Source: an uncultured Rivularia sp. (lineage in GTDB: Bacteria; Cyanobacteriota; Cyanobacteriia; Cyanobacteriales; Nostocaceae). Taken from it: DNA of 64,000 nt. Shown here piece by piece: positions 30,575 through 41,582 of this stretch (position 1 is the stretch's first letter; every line of letters starts with the position of its first letter). The stretch covers positions 7,584,001 to 7,648,000 of the forward strand of contig OY762007.1 in assembly GCA_963665115.1 (NCBI GenBank), given 5' to 3'. Under the pieces are notes generated by a model. That model was not told where the DNA came from, did not search any database, and saw only the letters and a list, made by a program, of their open reading frames with translations. The position numbers were made by a program, and so were the translations under genes.

Positions 30575-31562
30575 CTAGGAGCGGGTAGCTTCGGTAAAAA
30601 CTCCCATTTTGCGGAATCTTTGATAGCGCAGTTCTTTTCTTTCTTTGGCTGTCAAATTGTTAAGTACTTCCAAATTTTCTAATAGCGCTCCTTTAAGACT
30701 GTTCGCGGCTTGTAGGGGATCGGAGTGAGCGCCACCAACTGGTTCTGTCAATATTTGGTCGATGATACCCAAATTCTTCAGATCGTGAGAAATAATTTTT
30801 AAAGCGGATGTTGCTTGCGGAGCTTTACCTGCGTCTTTCCATAAAATCGCCGCACAAGCTTCGGGAGTTGCAACAGTGTATACGGCGTGTTCAAACATCA
30901 TGACGCGATCGCCAATTCCAATTCCGAGTGCGCCACCCGAACCTCCTTCACCAATTACGGTGCAGATGATGGGGACATCATAGGAAAACATTTCCCGCAA
31001 GTTATAAGCAATCGCTTCACCTTGCCCTTGTTGTTCGGCTATCACGGTTGGTAAAGCGCCGGGAGTATCGATAAAAGTGACGATGGGCATTCCAAACTTG
31101 TTAGCGTGTTCCATCAGTCGCAAAGCTTTGCGATATCCACCAGGGGAAGCCATACCAAAATTACGAGCAATATTATCTTTAGTATCTCGTCCTTTTTGAT
31201 GACCTAAAATGACTACGGGTTGATTTCCCAAACGGGCTAGCCCACCAACTAAAGCCGGATCGTCCGAACCACATCTATCTCCGTGTAGTTCTATCCATTC
31301 ATCTGTAATTGCTTGAATGTAGTCTAAAGTGCTAGGACGACGGGGATGACGGGGCCACTTGCAGCCGCTGAGTCGGCGATAAACTGCTGAAAATCTCTTC
31401 ACGTAACTGCATGGCGCGTGCTTCTAATTGATGTATCTGGTTAGTTACATCAACACCATTTTCTTCCGCAAGTTTACGAATCTGCTCAATTCGATTTGCC
31501 AGTTCTGCTAGGGGCTTTTCAAAGTCCAAAAGTAGCGGTTTACGCCCTTGTTGTGTAGCCAT
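30575..31562 (-). CDS. accA: Acetyl-CoA carboxylase carboxyltransferase alpha subunit, apparent +1 frameshift at 31351-31354
   Basis: LDFEKPL..L...I...LQVA joins [11 protein letters not shown] when one base is removed; [19 protein letters not shown] motifs. Confidence 0.93.
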
Positions 31563-31753
31563 TGTTTGAATAATGATTGTGAGTTACGAGTTACGAGTGT
31601 TATGAGTCATGAGTTGAGAAACTGCGTAAACAATTTCCTACCCTTAACTCATAACAATTAATCGTTAACCGTTAACTACTAAAGAACTGTTTTCTCAAAA
31701 ATATCCCAAATTTAGGATAATTTTTTGTAAGCCCCTTTGTTAACTGTTAACTG

Positions 31754-32773
31754 TCACACTAGCAGCGGTCGAAATCCGTGCTTAACGGATACTTTACCAA
31801 TCTGCTCCATTTTTTCTACGGTAATCTGATTGCGTCCCCAAGAAAAGTTAGTGTACAACTTTTCAAATTCAAGCAGCATTGACTCGGCAAAACAAGCAAA
31901 TAATTGACGACCAGGAACATCCATGTTGACAATATTCATGATTTTCCAGTCAATATCGAGAGAATGCTCTACAATTCCACCGTTGAGTACGTATACCTCT
32001 GGATGCTGAACTTTGTTTCCTAAATTTTTGGGATAGCCACCATCGATTAGCAAGCAAGGTTTCTTCAAGGTGTTAGGGTCAATTTCCACACCTTTAGGCA
32101 TACTGGCAACCCAAACAATAATATCTGCTTGGGGTAACGCTTCCTCTAAACCCATTATTTTTCCACGCCCCAGGTCAGATTGCAAGGATGAAAGGCGTTC
32201 GGTGTTACGCGCAATCAACAATAATTCCTTGACATCCGTCTTTGCATCCAGCCAGCGACAGACGGCGCTACCAATATCTCCCGTAGCACCACATACGGCA
32301 ACTGTTGCTTTACCAAGCTCTATACCAAGTTTTTTCGAGGCTTGCTCTACTTGCTGACAAATAATGTAAGCAGTATGAGTATTTCCTGTAGTAAACCGTT
32401 CAAACTCAAGCTTGATATTGCGAATTTGAGGAATTTGTTCTAACTTAAATGTCTCAAATATAATTGAGGAAAAACCACCCAAAGCGGTAATATTTATACC
32501 GTGTTTTTGGGCGTGAGCCATTGCGTTCAGAATTTTGCGAGTAGCAGCCTTCATGCGGCGAGTTGCCAGCATTTCCGGTAAAAAGCAAGATTCTACATAC
32601 CGCCCTTCGATTTTTTGTCCAGTTACACTTGTAACCGTAATATTATCTACTATTTGGGGTGGCGCACTACACCAAAAATCTAACCCCTGGTCGGCATATT
32701 CTGGGTAGCCTAATTCTGAGGCTACTCTTTGCGCGTGTTCTAAACTTGTAAGATGTCCTATTAGACCAAACAT
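31754..32773 (-). CDS. aar: Long-chain acyl-ACP reductase
   Basis: [42 protein letters not shown]. Confidence 0.96.
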   Translation of the reverse strand: MFGLIGHLTSLEHAQRVASELGYPEYADQGLDFWCSAPPQIVDNITVTSVTGQKIEGRYVESCFLPEMLATRRMKAATRKILNAMAHAQKHGINITALGGFSSIIFETFKLEQIPQIRNIKLEFERFTTGNTHTAYIICQQVEQASKKLGIELGKATVAVCGATGDIGSAVCRWLDAKTDVKELLLIARNTERLSSLQSDLGRGKIMGLEEALPQADIIVWVASMPKGVEIDPNTLKKPCLLIDGGYPKNLGNKVQHPEVYVLNGGIVEHSLDIDWKIMNIVNMDVPGRQLFACFAESMLLEFEKLYTNFSWGRNQITVEKMEQIGKVSVKHGFRPLLV

Positions 32774-32962
32774 GAACTATTAATTTCGGCTTATGCTTTG
32801 TGAAAGGATTAAAGGCGTGGAATATAAATAGACACCATAAGAACTGCTCCTCTGAAAAACCATAAATGGTACCCGATTGTGAGCGGGCGAGGAGCAACAA
32901 ACATGGCTAATTCTATTGTCATGCATTACGTAATTAGCCTTTATAAGAAAGGCTGTTACGAT

Positions 32963-33658
32963 TTAAGCGGCTCTAAGTCCGTATGCAGAAAGACGCATGA
33001 TATCGCGAGTTGTGAAGCCGATATTATTCAAAGCATCTCCGTATTGAATCATAAAGTCTTCTACCAAAGCATCTTTGGGCATTGCCATCACTTCAGCGTC
33101 TTTTTCTACTTCATTGAGCATTTTCCAGACAATAGGAAGGTTTTGGGCGTTTGCTTCTTCTAATTCAGCTTTAGATTCTTCAAAATGTTCTTTTAGCCAA
33201 ACTTCTCCGAAGTTGAGGTGAGTATATTCATCTTTAACAACACCTTCAGTAATCTTGCGAGAGAAATCATCTGCTACGGGAATAAAAATGTGGTAAGCGG
33301 CGATCGCAAAGCATTCGATAATTAAAGACTGAATTAACAAGCAAGTAACAACCTTGTCTTGTGCGGCTGCATCTTGGAAATTTTGATGCAATTGAGAGAA
33401 AAACTCCTTTGCAAAATCCATATCCGCCGTTACTTCAAGATTTTTAGCGCAAGCTTGAAAACCTTTCTTATGACGCATCTCCATTTTAGAAAGACGAACT
33501 AAATCATCTTTTTTATCTGGTAGCAATTGCCCTAGAGATAAATAATTGTCGTATGCTTCTTGTTCTCCCTCGACCACAATTGCATTAATGCGGCTGAAAG
33601 CATCTTTGTATGTTTCGCTGCGATAATCAAGCTCAGATGGGGCTATAAGCTCCTGCAT
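32963..33658 (-). CDS. ado: Aldehyde-deformylating oxygenase
   Basis: [40 protein letters not shown]. Start MQEL at 33658. Confidence 0.96.
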   Translation of the reverse strand: MQELIAPSELDYRSETYKDAFSRINAIVVEGEQEAYDNYLSLGQLLPDKKDDLVRLSKMEMRHKKGFQACAKNLEVTADMDFAKEFFSQLHQNFQDAAAQDKVVTCLLIQSLIIECFAIAAYHIFIPVADDFSRKITEGVVKDEYTHLNFGEVWLKEHFEESKAELEEANAQNLPIVWKMLNEVEKDAEVMAMPKDALVEDFMIQYGDALNNIGFTTRDIMRLSAYGLRAA

Positions 33659-33968
33659 CTTGGATTCCCTCCCGATATGAAAGTATTTAATACTCGACAA
33701 GTGATGAAATTGGAATGAAGTTGAGCTAAATCGATCGAATAGAAAGAAAGCGATATATTTACCACACACATCAAACCTATTAATAGTCTAAAGTCTTGGT
33801 GTAAATTACGTATCTTTGTGGAACCAGTATCGATCGATTTAATTTTGCTGCAACCCGATTCTCTACAGAATATACACAGAATATACGTGGTTTAATTTTA
33901 CTTAACAACCCACTATGTTATAGATTAGCTGTTGCTGGGGGCGATTGCTCTAGTAACAGAAAAAACTA

Positions 33969-34820
33969 ATGCGCTTGGATAAAGCTTTATTTATGTTCAA
34001 ACCAAGCCGGACGCGAAAATACGGTAACTTTTTAACCCTGGGACTATTGCTTGTATTAGCAGCTATTGTCCTATTGCCGCTACTTGTAGTCTTTTTAACC
34101 TCATTCGCACCCAAGGGGGCAGTTCAAAGCGTGTTACCGAGGAATGGCCTCACTTTATCTAATTACCACGATGCATGGAGCCGAGGTAAATTTTTATTAG
34201 CGTTTGTTAACTCTACCTTAGTAGCTGTTTGTGTTACCTCTTTTCAAATTATAACTTCGGCATTGGCCGGTTACGCATTAGCAAGGTTAAAGTTTAGAGG
34301 ACGTGAATTATTACTGTTGATAGTATTAGCGACGTTGGTAATCCCATTTCAGTTGCTGGTAATTCCCGTATTTTTAGTACTTAAATGGGGAAATTTAATA
34401 AATACCTATTGGGCACTGATTTTACCTACTGCTGCCAATGGGTTTGGTATTTTCTTACTGCGGCAGTATTTTCAAAGTATTCCCGTTGAGTTAGAAGAAG
34501 CAGCAGCCATAGATGGGGCAAACAGGCTACAAATATTATGGCAAGTAATGTTACCCTTAGCCCGTCCGGCATTAGTCACGTTATTTTTATTTACTTTTAT
34601 TGGCGAGTGGAACGATTTATTTAAACCCTTAGTATTTACAACCCGCCCCGAATTAAGAACGGTGCAGCTTGCTTTAGCAGAGTTTCAAGAGCAATTTACT
34701 AATAATTGGCCCTTATTAATGGCAGCAGTCACAATAGCCACCGTACCCGTAATGTTGCTATTCCTCATCGGTCAACGGCAGTTCATTCGCGGTATCGCAA
34801 CAACTGGAATTAAGAATTAA
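33969..34820 (+). CDS. Carbohydrate ABC transporter permease (MalG/UgpE type)
   Basis: AGYALARL.F.G, EAA loop (ELEEAAAIDGA), WNDLF.PL. Confidence 0.9.
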   Translation: MRLDKALFMFKPSRTRKYGNFLTLGLLLVLAAIVLLPLLVVFLTSFAPKGAVQSVLPRNGLTLSNYHDAWSRGKFLLAFVNSTLVAVCVTSFQIITSALAGYALARLKFRGRELLLLIVLATLVIPFQLLVIPVFLVLKWGNLINTYWALILPTAANGFGIFLLRQYFQSIPVELEEAAAIDGANRLQILWQVMLPLARPALVTLFLFTFIGEWNDLFKPLVFTTRPELRTVQLALAEFQEQFTNNWPLLMAAVTIATVPVMLLFLIGQRQFIRGIATTGIKN

Positions 34821-34888
34821 TTTGGGAATGGGTAATTGGTAATGGGTAATTGGGCATTGGGCATTGGAGATAGTTGGGAATGAGGAGT

Positions 34889-34994
34889 TATAGTCATTCC
34901 AATTAATTTCCGTAGTGCGTTAGCGAAGCGTGTCTTTCAGACACGCTTCGCTAACGCACTACAAATCAATCGGTTCCTATTTAGAATCGCTATA
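34889..34994. mobile_element. MITE-like element with imperfect TIRs and a perfect internal 24-bp hairpin
   Basis: Ends TATAGTCATTCCAATT / ATTTAGAATCGCTATA. Stem 34912-34935 pairs perfectly with 34939-34962. Confidence 0.65.
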
Positions 34995-35224
34995 AGAGTT
35001 AAAAATTTTACTACCCCCTCCCCCCATCTCCCCATCCCCTTGTCCCCCATCCAGCATCTATGCCACTACATAAAGTGTCACACATCCGTAATAACTCGGT
35101 GTAAGGACAATTGCACTTAAAGGTTATGATTTTTAGACAGTAAAATAAAGTGTCATTGATAAAGAGCATGAAGCAAAGGCTTTTGGCTTAAGCTTTAAAT
35201 TGAAATAAGCGCATCTATTACAAT

Positions 35225-35869
35225 ATGAATTCATTGGATGATAAGAAACTACCTGCTGTATTAATGGCATCAAGTTCAAGCGAACTACTTCAACGTTATG
35301 CAGTAGGAGAAAGGGATTTTCCTGGCAGCAGACTGAATGATGCTAATCTGACTCGCGCCGATCTTAGTGGTGCCGATTTGAGTCGAGTTCATCTGCAATA
35401 TGCTTACTTAGCAGGTGCCAAGCTTAAAGGTACTAATCTTAGCCAAGCCTTGCTTAACGGCGTTCAATTAGTAGGTGCCGATTTACGAGATGCAAATTTG
35501 AGCATTTCAAATTTGAGTGAAGCTGAATTATCTGGTGCTGATTTTCGCGATGCTGTGATGAAAACAGCCGATTTGCGCGGTGCTGATATTAGCAATACTA
35601 ATCTTGCCTGTGTCAATTTGTGTGGTGCTGACTTACGCTACGCTAACCTGGCGAATTCTAATTTAAGCTATACGAATTTCAGGAATGCATTTCTTGCGGC
35701 AGCAAACCTAAGTAACGCTTATTTAGTTGGTGCCAATTTAAGCCATGCTGACCTTAATAGTGCAAACGTAGAGAATGCTTTATTTGGATACAACAAAGGA
35801 ATTTCTAAGTCTGTAAAGCTTGACTTACAGCTACGGGGAGCAATATTTATAATTGACAGCGAACTTTAG
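35225..35869 (+). CDS. Pentapeptide repeat protein
   Basis: LL.RYA.GERDF followed by A(D/N)LXX repeats. Confidence 0.92.
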   Translation: MNSLDDKKLPAVLMASSSSELLQRYAVGERDFPGSRLNDANLTRADLSGADLSRVHLQYAYLAGAKLKGTNLSQALLNGVQLVGADLRDANLSISNLSEAELSGADFRDAVMKTADLRGADISNTNLACVNLCGADLRYANLANSNLSYTNFRNAFLAAANLSNAYLVGANLSHADLNSANVENALFGYNKGISKSVKLDLQLRGAIFIIDSEL

Positions 35870-35979
35870 TCAGTTATCAATTATCAGTGTTTAGTTGGAT
35901 ATTGAGGTTCATTGGTGGTTAATAATCTATAGAGGGAAATTAGTTTTTTTGTGCATCAATTTAAGTCTTAAATCAGTTA

Positions 35980-36097
35980 CTAGTACCGCTGCGCGGAAGT
36001 AAAAAGTCAAAAGTAAGAAGTAAAAAGTAAAAAGTATTATATGATAAGGCTTTCAAACTTTTTAAATGGGTGCTTTATTTACGCCGTACTTTACTAG
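35980..36097. mobile_element. CTAG-bounded MITE-like element containing an (AAAAGTA)n tract
   Basis: Starts CTAGTACCGCTGCGCGGAAGT and ends TTTATTTACGCCGTACTTTACTAG, forming imperfect TIRs. Confidence 0.55.
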
Positions 36098-36102
36098 TCG
36101 CC

Positions 36103-36279
36103 TAAGCTGTTACGCACTTAATTTGTATACTACCCTTCGTGCAAGATGCATGTCCTAACGGACAAGCTGCGTTAGCGGAGCGAGACGATAGTCTTAAGCA
36201 GTACTACAGTATTTTCAATTTTATGTCCTTCGGACACGCTACGCTAATGCATTATACAATTTAGCTGCACATCAGCTTA
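36103..36279 (+). mobile_element. 177-bp MITE-like element, copy 1
   Basis: 27-bp imperfect TIRs (TAAGCTGTTACGCACTTAATTTGTATA / TATACAATTTAGCTGCACATCAGCTTA). Homologous inverted copy at 37520-37721. Confidence 0.8.
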
Positions 36280-36314
36280 TAATTGTTCATTGATAATTGA
36301 TAATTGTTAATTGA

Positions 36315-37394
36315 TTACTCTGTTTCTTGGATTTGCAAGCGTACCGTGCGTTCGGTTGTACCGCTAATTTGTAATTGCATGACTTCTCCACCGAGGGGTT
36401 CTAAGCAATCAAGTAACGATCTTAAATGTGGTGTGGAAGCACCTGTATCTACGTAAAGTCTATCTGATAAGTTAGCGATGCGTTTCCAAGTCATGTATAG
36501 CTTGGCTATGGTTTGTTCGATTTGAGATGCTTGATTGACTAAATCGGCGGCTATGTTCATGCATCCTACTCTTTGAGCTTCTTCTAAAGCTGTTTCAATA
36601 TCAATTTCTTCATTAGATAAAGCCTGCACCTGTACTGCTGCTTTCAAATATTTTGCTAGATAACGCGCTTCGGAAGTAGCATTTTTGAGGGTATCAACGT
36701 CTGGATTAGCGGTAATTTCATCTTGAATTACTGCTTGATGGGGTTGTGGCAATTTCTCCATCTCTTTGACTAAAGGTGCGAGATAACGAGGAGGAAGGGT
36801 GTTATCGGCTACTTTCTGCTTCACTGGTTCCGGTAATAAATCCGAGGACATTGCCGTCCACTCTTCTGAGAGTTGCTTGACTTCTCTTCTGGTAATTTTG
36901 TCTCCATTTTGTGCGGCTTCACTTACCATTATCTGGACTTCGGGTGAAGCTTTTGCGGTTTCTACAAAGGCTCGTTTACTAAAGTTGTTGATAGATTTTA
37001 CTTCAAGCTTGCCGGATTGTAGCAGGGTATCGGCGCTATTGGCTAACTCAATCAAAGCATAAGCATTACTTTTACTGATTTCCCGTTCCTTAAGCCATTT
37101 TAGAAAGCCAGTACCGCGTCCATCCCCTCCTTTTTTTTCGCGATCGCGAACTGCGCGTAAAATTCTTCCTCGCCAAATATCAGTTTGTAAATCAAATTTA
37201 TCGCATACCTGCCAAGCTACATCTAGCTGTTCGAGAAACTCTATTTCAGGAATCGCTTCATCTTCGGGATCTGGTAGCTCGAAGGCTAAATCTGCTGGCT
37301 GTTGTAAGGCTTCAACCAGTTCGTTGATGTTATCGGTTGACTGCACGGTGATAATGGTTCCTTTAGAGAAAGCGAAAGGCTTGGTTATTATCAC
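36315..37394 (-). CDS. Conserved cyanobacterial hypothetical protein (helical); likely GTG start at 37346
   Basis: Long uninterrupted ORF with FELPDPEDE, WQVCD.FDLQT.IWRGRILRAVRDREK and LYVDTGASTPHLR blocks. Confidence 0.75.
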   Translation of the reverse strand: MIITKPFAFSKGTIITVQSTDNINELVEALQQPADLAFELPDPEDEAIPEIEFLEQLDVAWQVCDKFDLQTDIWRGRILRAVRDREKKGGDGRGTGFLKWLKEREISKSNAYALIELANSADTLLQSGKLEVKSINNFSKRAFVETAKASPEVQIMVSEAAQNGDKITRREVKQLSEEWTAMSSDLLPEPVKQKVADNTLPPRYLAPLVKEMEKLPQPHQAVIQDEITANPDVDTLKNATSEARYLAKYLKAAVQVQALSNEEIDIETALEEAQRVGCMNIAADLVNQASQIEQTIAKLYMTWKRIANLSDRLYVDTGASTPHLRSLLDCLEPLGGEVMQLQISGTTERTVRLQIQETE

Positions 37395-37519
37395 ATAATG
37401 TGGGTACCGCAGTTGCTTATTAATTTTTTTAAATTCTTTTTGATGGAATTATCATTAGTAGGTTGGCGTTGAAAATCATAATCATGATAAGGGAGTAGGA
37501 AGTAGGGCTGTAATTTCAA

Positions 37520-37721
37520 TAACTTGTTTGTGCAGCTAAATTGTATAATGCTGCCTAAGACTATCGTCTCCCTCCGCTAACGCAGCGTGTCCGAAGGACA
37601 TAAAATTGTAACTATTGTAGTGCTGCCTAAGACTATCGTCTCCCTCCGCTAACGCAGCGTGTCCGTTAGGACATCCATCTTGCACGAACGGTAATATACA
37701 AATTAAGTGCGTAACAACTTA
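37520..37721 (-). mobile_element. About 202-bp MITE-like element, copy 2 (inverted relative to copy 1; internal 45-bp direct repeat at 37549 and 37621)
   Basis: Reverse complement aligns along 36103-36279. Confidence 0.8.
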
Positions 37722-37740
37722 ACAACTTCCGTGAAATATC

Positions 37741-37776
37741 AAAAGTATCCGACGATTGAAACCACCGGATACTTTT
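37741..37776 (-). terminator. Hairpin terminator downstream of cyaB2
   Basis: AAAAGTATCCG / CGGATACTTTT 11-bp stem. Confidence 0.65.
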
Positions 37777-37812
37777 AAAACAATTAACTACTAACTACTA
37801 AGTACTAACAAT

Positions 37813-40402
37813 CTACTTTTCTTTATACGTCCAAACACCATCATCCCAGTCATCATGAGCATGGGGATTATCTAACCAATAGTGACAGCGCTTGAGATGC
37901 GATATCGCGCCTTTGTCATGTTCTTCGATTTCCAAGACTTTGGCAAATTGGTTTTTGGCTAAGCTAAATTGACGGTTGACGTAGTATTCGCGTCCTTTAT
38001 GATAGTATTCAATTGCGGTTAGCTTATCGCCGCTTATCTCGTCGCCACGCATACCGATTAATTCGTATATTGATACTGGCTCGTTACGTCCTTTGACTCG
38101 AATGTAATCTAATTCTCTTGCCCATACCAGGTGTTTGCAAGGTTCGTAAGTATTGTCGCTGATAATAATATCGCAACCGTACTGTTTGCTGACGCTTTCC
38201 AAACGAGAACCGAGGTTTACGCCGTCACCGATTGCGGTAAATTCCATCCGTTTGCTCGAACCAATGTTTCCACTGATTACAACGTCGGAGTTGATACCGA
38301 TACCAATTTTAATTTGTGGTTTATCATCTGCATGACGACGGGTATTAAAGTCTTCCAAACGGCGGCGCATTTCTAAGGATGTTTGTACGGCCATCCAAGC
38401 ATGGTTTTGTAAAGGTAAAGGCGAACCATATACGGCCATGATGGCATCACCGATGTATTTATCTAAGGTGCCTTTATGTTTGAAAACCGCTTCAACCATT
38501 GACTCGAAGTATTCGTTGAGCATACCTACAACTTCTTCGGCTTCCAAGTTTTCCGTTAAAGTAGTGTAGCCGCGAATATCGGAAAATAGAATCGAAACTT
38601 CTTTTCTGTCGCCACCTAGTTTTGCGTCGTCTAATTTGAGCAATTCTTCGGCTAATTCCTGAGTCATGTAGCGATACATGGTACTCTTGAGCCGCTTTTC
38701 GTCGCTGATGTCGTCCATTACTACCAGCGCACCCCTAACTTGTCCATCGTCGCTTGCGTCAGCGATGGTATTAATCGACAAGTTAATGCTGTTTTCTAAA
38801 GATTCATGGGTAAGAAGGGTGCGATCGGGATAATATTGTTCGCGTAATTTCTCATCGGCAACATTTAAAGCATCGTGACACCATTTATCAAAGTCGTTTT
38901 CTTTGATATTAATTATGTCGTTGATTAATTTGCCTTCTAAACGTTCTTCTTCTTCTAATCCCAACAAACGCAAAGCGCTTTCGTTGGCTGCAACAATGTA
39001 GCCTTTTTTATCGGTAGAAATTACCCCATTGGAAAGACTGCGAAGAATATCGCGCTGCATTTGTTCTTGCTGCTTGATAGTGGCAAACAATTGAGCGTTT
39101 TGCAGCGCTACACCTGCCTGAATGTTAAAAGCTTCCATAAACTGTTCGTCATTACGATCGAAACTAGCTTGGAAGCATTCGGGGGCTTGGGGGCCAATCT
39201 TCGGGATTATAAGGAGGACATTGGTTTTTATTCTTCTTATTTACGAGTTGAGTCACACCAATTAATTCCCTGTCACCGTTGAATACTGGCATACAGAGCA
39301 AACTACAGGTACGATAACCGTTTGAATTGTCTATTTGCTTGGCTGTATCGGAGTCGGGATTGTCGTACAAATCGAAGGGGATATTTAAAATTTTGCCCGT
39401 TGATGCAACTTGCCCCACAAAACCTTTACCCATAGGTACTCGCAACTCTTTTGTCGAACCATCAGCAATGGTAATTTTTGTCCACAACTCTTGGCGATCG
39501 CGTTCTATTAACCATAAAGTAGAACGATCGGCGTTCATCAGTTGTTTGGCTTCATCCATCACCCGCTTAAGCGTCTCTTCTAGATCGAGACTGCTTTGCG
39601 AAAGTGATTTTATAGCTTTCATCAACGCTTCAGCAGCTCGTTGCTTTTGAGTTGCGATGTAAAAGGAACGTGATGATTCTAAAATTAATCGGATAGAAGG
39701 CGCAAATTCTTGGAATAATTGCTCGTCGGCATCAGTAAAACCCTTAATATCAATACGTTCGCATAAAGGGGCTTCACTGTTGTTATCCGGTTTTAATTTA
39801 TTTAACAATTGCACTACCGCGACCAATTTACCTTGTTCGTTGAGCAAAGGTAAAGCCAACATGGTATAGGTTCGGTAATCGGTTCTTTTTTCATGCTCCC
39901 GCGCAAAAGAAGAACGAGTATCGTTGTAAAAATCAAAGGGAATATTAACTACTTTTTTATCAGTCGCAACTTCACCAGCAATACCTTTATTTGCCGGGAT
40001 ACGAATTTCTAAAGAACGCTTTCCCTCCCCTTCCGCAACAATTGTATATAGTTCTTGTTTCTCTTCATCTAACAGAAATATTGTTGTTCTATCTGCACCT
40101 AATAGCTCCCCAGTTTTTAGAGTAATAGATTGCAACATTTCTTGTAAAATTGCTTCAAACCCTTTAGAATCCAACATTGAAAGGGTTTGATTAACAATCT
40201 CTAACTTATGCTCTACATCTTTAACAACTTGTTTAAAAGTATCTTGAGTTAAAGGAGCAAGGAAATTCGAGATAGTTCCTTCCTCTTGACTCGCAAGAGC
40301 ATCTAATCGAGTAGAATTCTGAATAAAGTCGCGCTCACCCTGACTGTTTCCACCAATCATTAAATCGGTGGGTTCATTGCGACTACGTTGGTAGACTGAC
40401 AT
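37813..40402 (-). CDS. cyaB2: Class III adenylate cyclase GAF-GAF-PAS-CHD, apparent +1 frameshift near 39189-39193
   Basis: Tandem GAFs with NK..F..DE-like motifs, PAS, FSDIRG, KYIGDA, GD.VN..SRLE. The N-terminus (FLAPLTQDTFKQVV) resembles Anabaena CyaB2 as recalled. Removing one base gives DWPQAPECFQAS. Confidence 0.88.
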
Positions 40403-41582
40403 AGCTGCCTTCTGATATAAGATTTGTTTTATTAATTGATTCTTTATGGGCGATAAATCTGCCGATAGCTCTAAATTAATTTTGCCGAAGAAAGCAATTC
40501 GGTTTTTTTTGCATAAATCGGCTTAATTAAAATAAATAAATAGATGCGTTTCGGCCGTATTACCCCTCTTTGTTTAACCTTTAACTAAGAAAGAAAAAAT
40601 GATTTTTACATATCTTGTCTTATTGAATAAGAGAATTATTCACAGTCTAATCTTTCATCAGATAAAATGTCATTGACGAAGATACGTAGACAATAAAACA
40701 AGAAAAACATACTCGTTTGATGAACGGTAAGTACGTGAATATAGATATTTTCGTACTTGCTCATAATCAAGAAATTGTATAACTCCCAATTTCATTTTTA
40801 ATTAACTATGAAAAAAACACGTTAATTTAATCGCTACAAAATTCACGTGAATATACTTATAAGTAGGAGATTAACAGCTACTTAACTGCTTTTCAAAGTT
40901 TCACGTTCTCAGCCTTGTAAAAAAAAATTATGTTCCACTATCCCGTTCATTTAAAACTGTTTGCTGCTAAGAGATCGGCAACACTGGGTATTGAATAGTA
41001 AAGTTGTATTTTCTACACGACTATGTTGATATTATTCCCAAATTTTTTTCAAAATTAACAGGTATAAGGTAAAAAATTGCACGAATGACTTAATAAATAA
41101 GTTCTATAAAATAACTTTTATAAATCGACATATTTAATACGAACAAGAATACGGAGCAGCTTTCCAACTCGTATTAAGCTTCTTATTGACTTTTGTCAAA
41201 CAAATATAGTTCTAATGAACTACATTGATTCTGAGTTTGGAATACAGCATAAAACCATCGATCGGGTTATCTCAAAAAAACGTTAATTATTTATCACTCT
41301 ACCGAGCTTTTACGTTTTATTACTGAGTATCCAATTTAGACTGTAATAATACTAGGTTTTAGCCTGATATAAAAGCTTTCGGCTTGTTGCTAACAAATAG
41401 ATGTATTAAAAAAGACTTTTATTTATAGTACTAATTCTTAGTAAAGAAGAGTTTTTGTTGGAAATATAAATTTACTCTGTATAAATATCGGCATTTTTCA
41501 GGATGCTATAGATTAATTGATTGAGTTACAAAATGATTTATATGTAACAATAATAGCTCAGTGATATTGCTGAGAAAGAAGA

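Noticed and set aside
30575..31562. accA, recN, cyaB2 and others as true pseudogenes, programmed frameshifts or phase-variable genes
   Set aside because: The same +1 error context recurs in six unrelated genes, both halves are intact, the runs are only 4-5 nt, and accA is essential. An artefact is far more likely.
31754..33658. Alkane biosynthesis genes as a novel pathway
   Set aside because: ado-aar with accA-SDR-folE is a well-known conserved cyanobacterial locus.
37549..37665. 45-bp direct repeat with 72-bp period, superficially CRISPR-like
   Set aside because: Only two units, lying inside a MITE whose other copy shows the same internal layout; no cas genes or leader.
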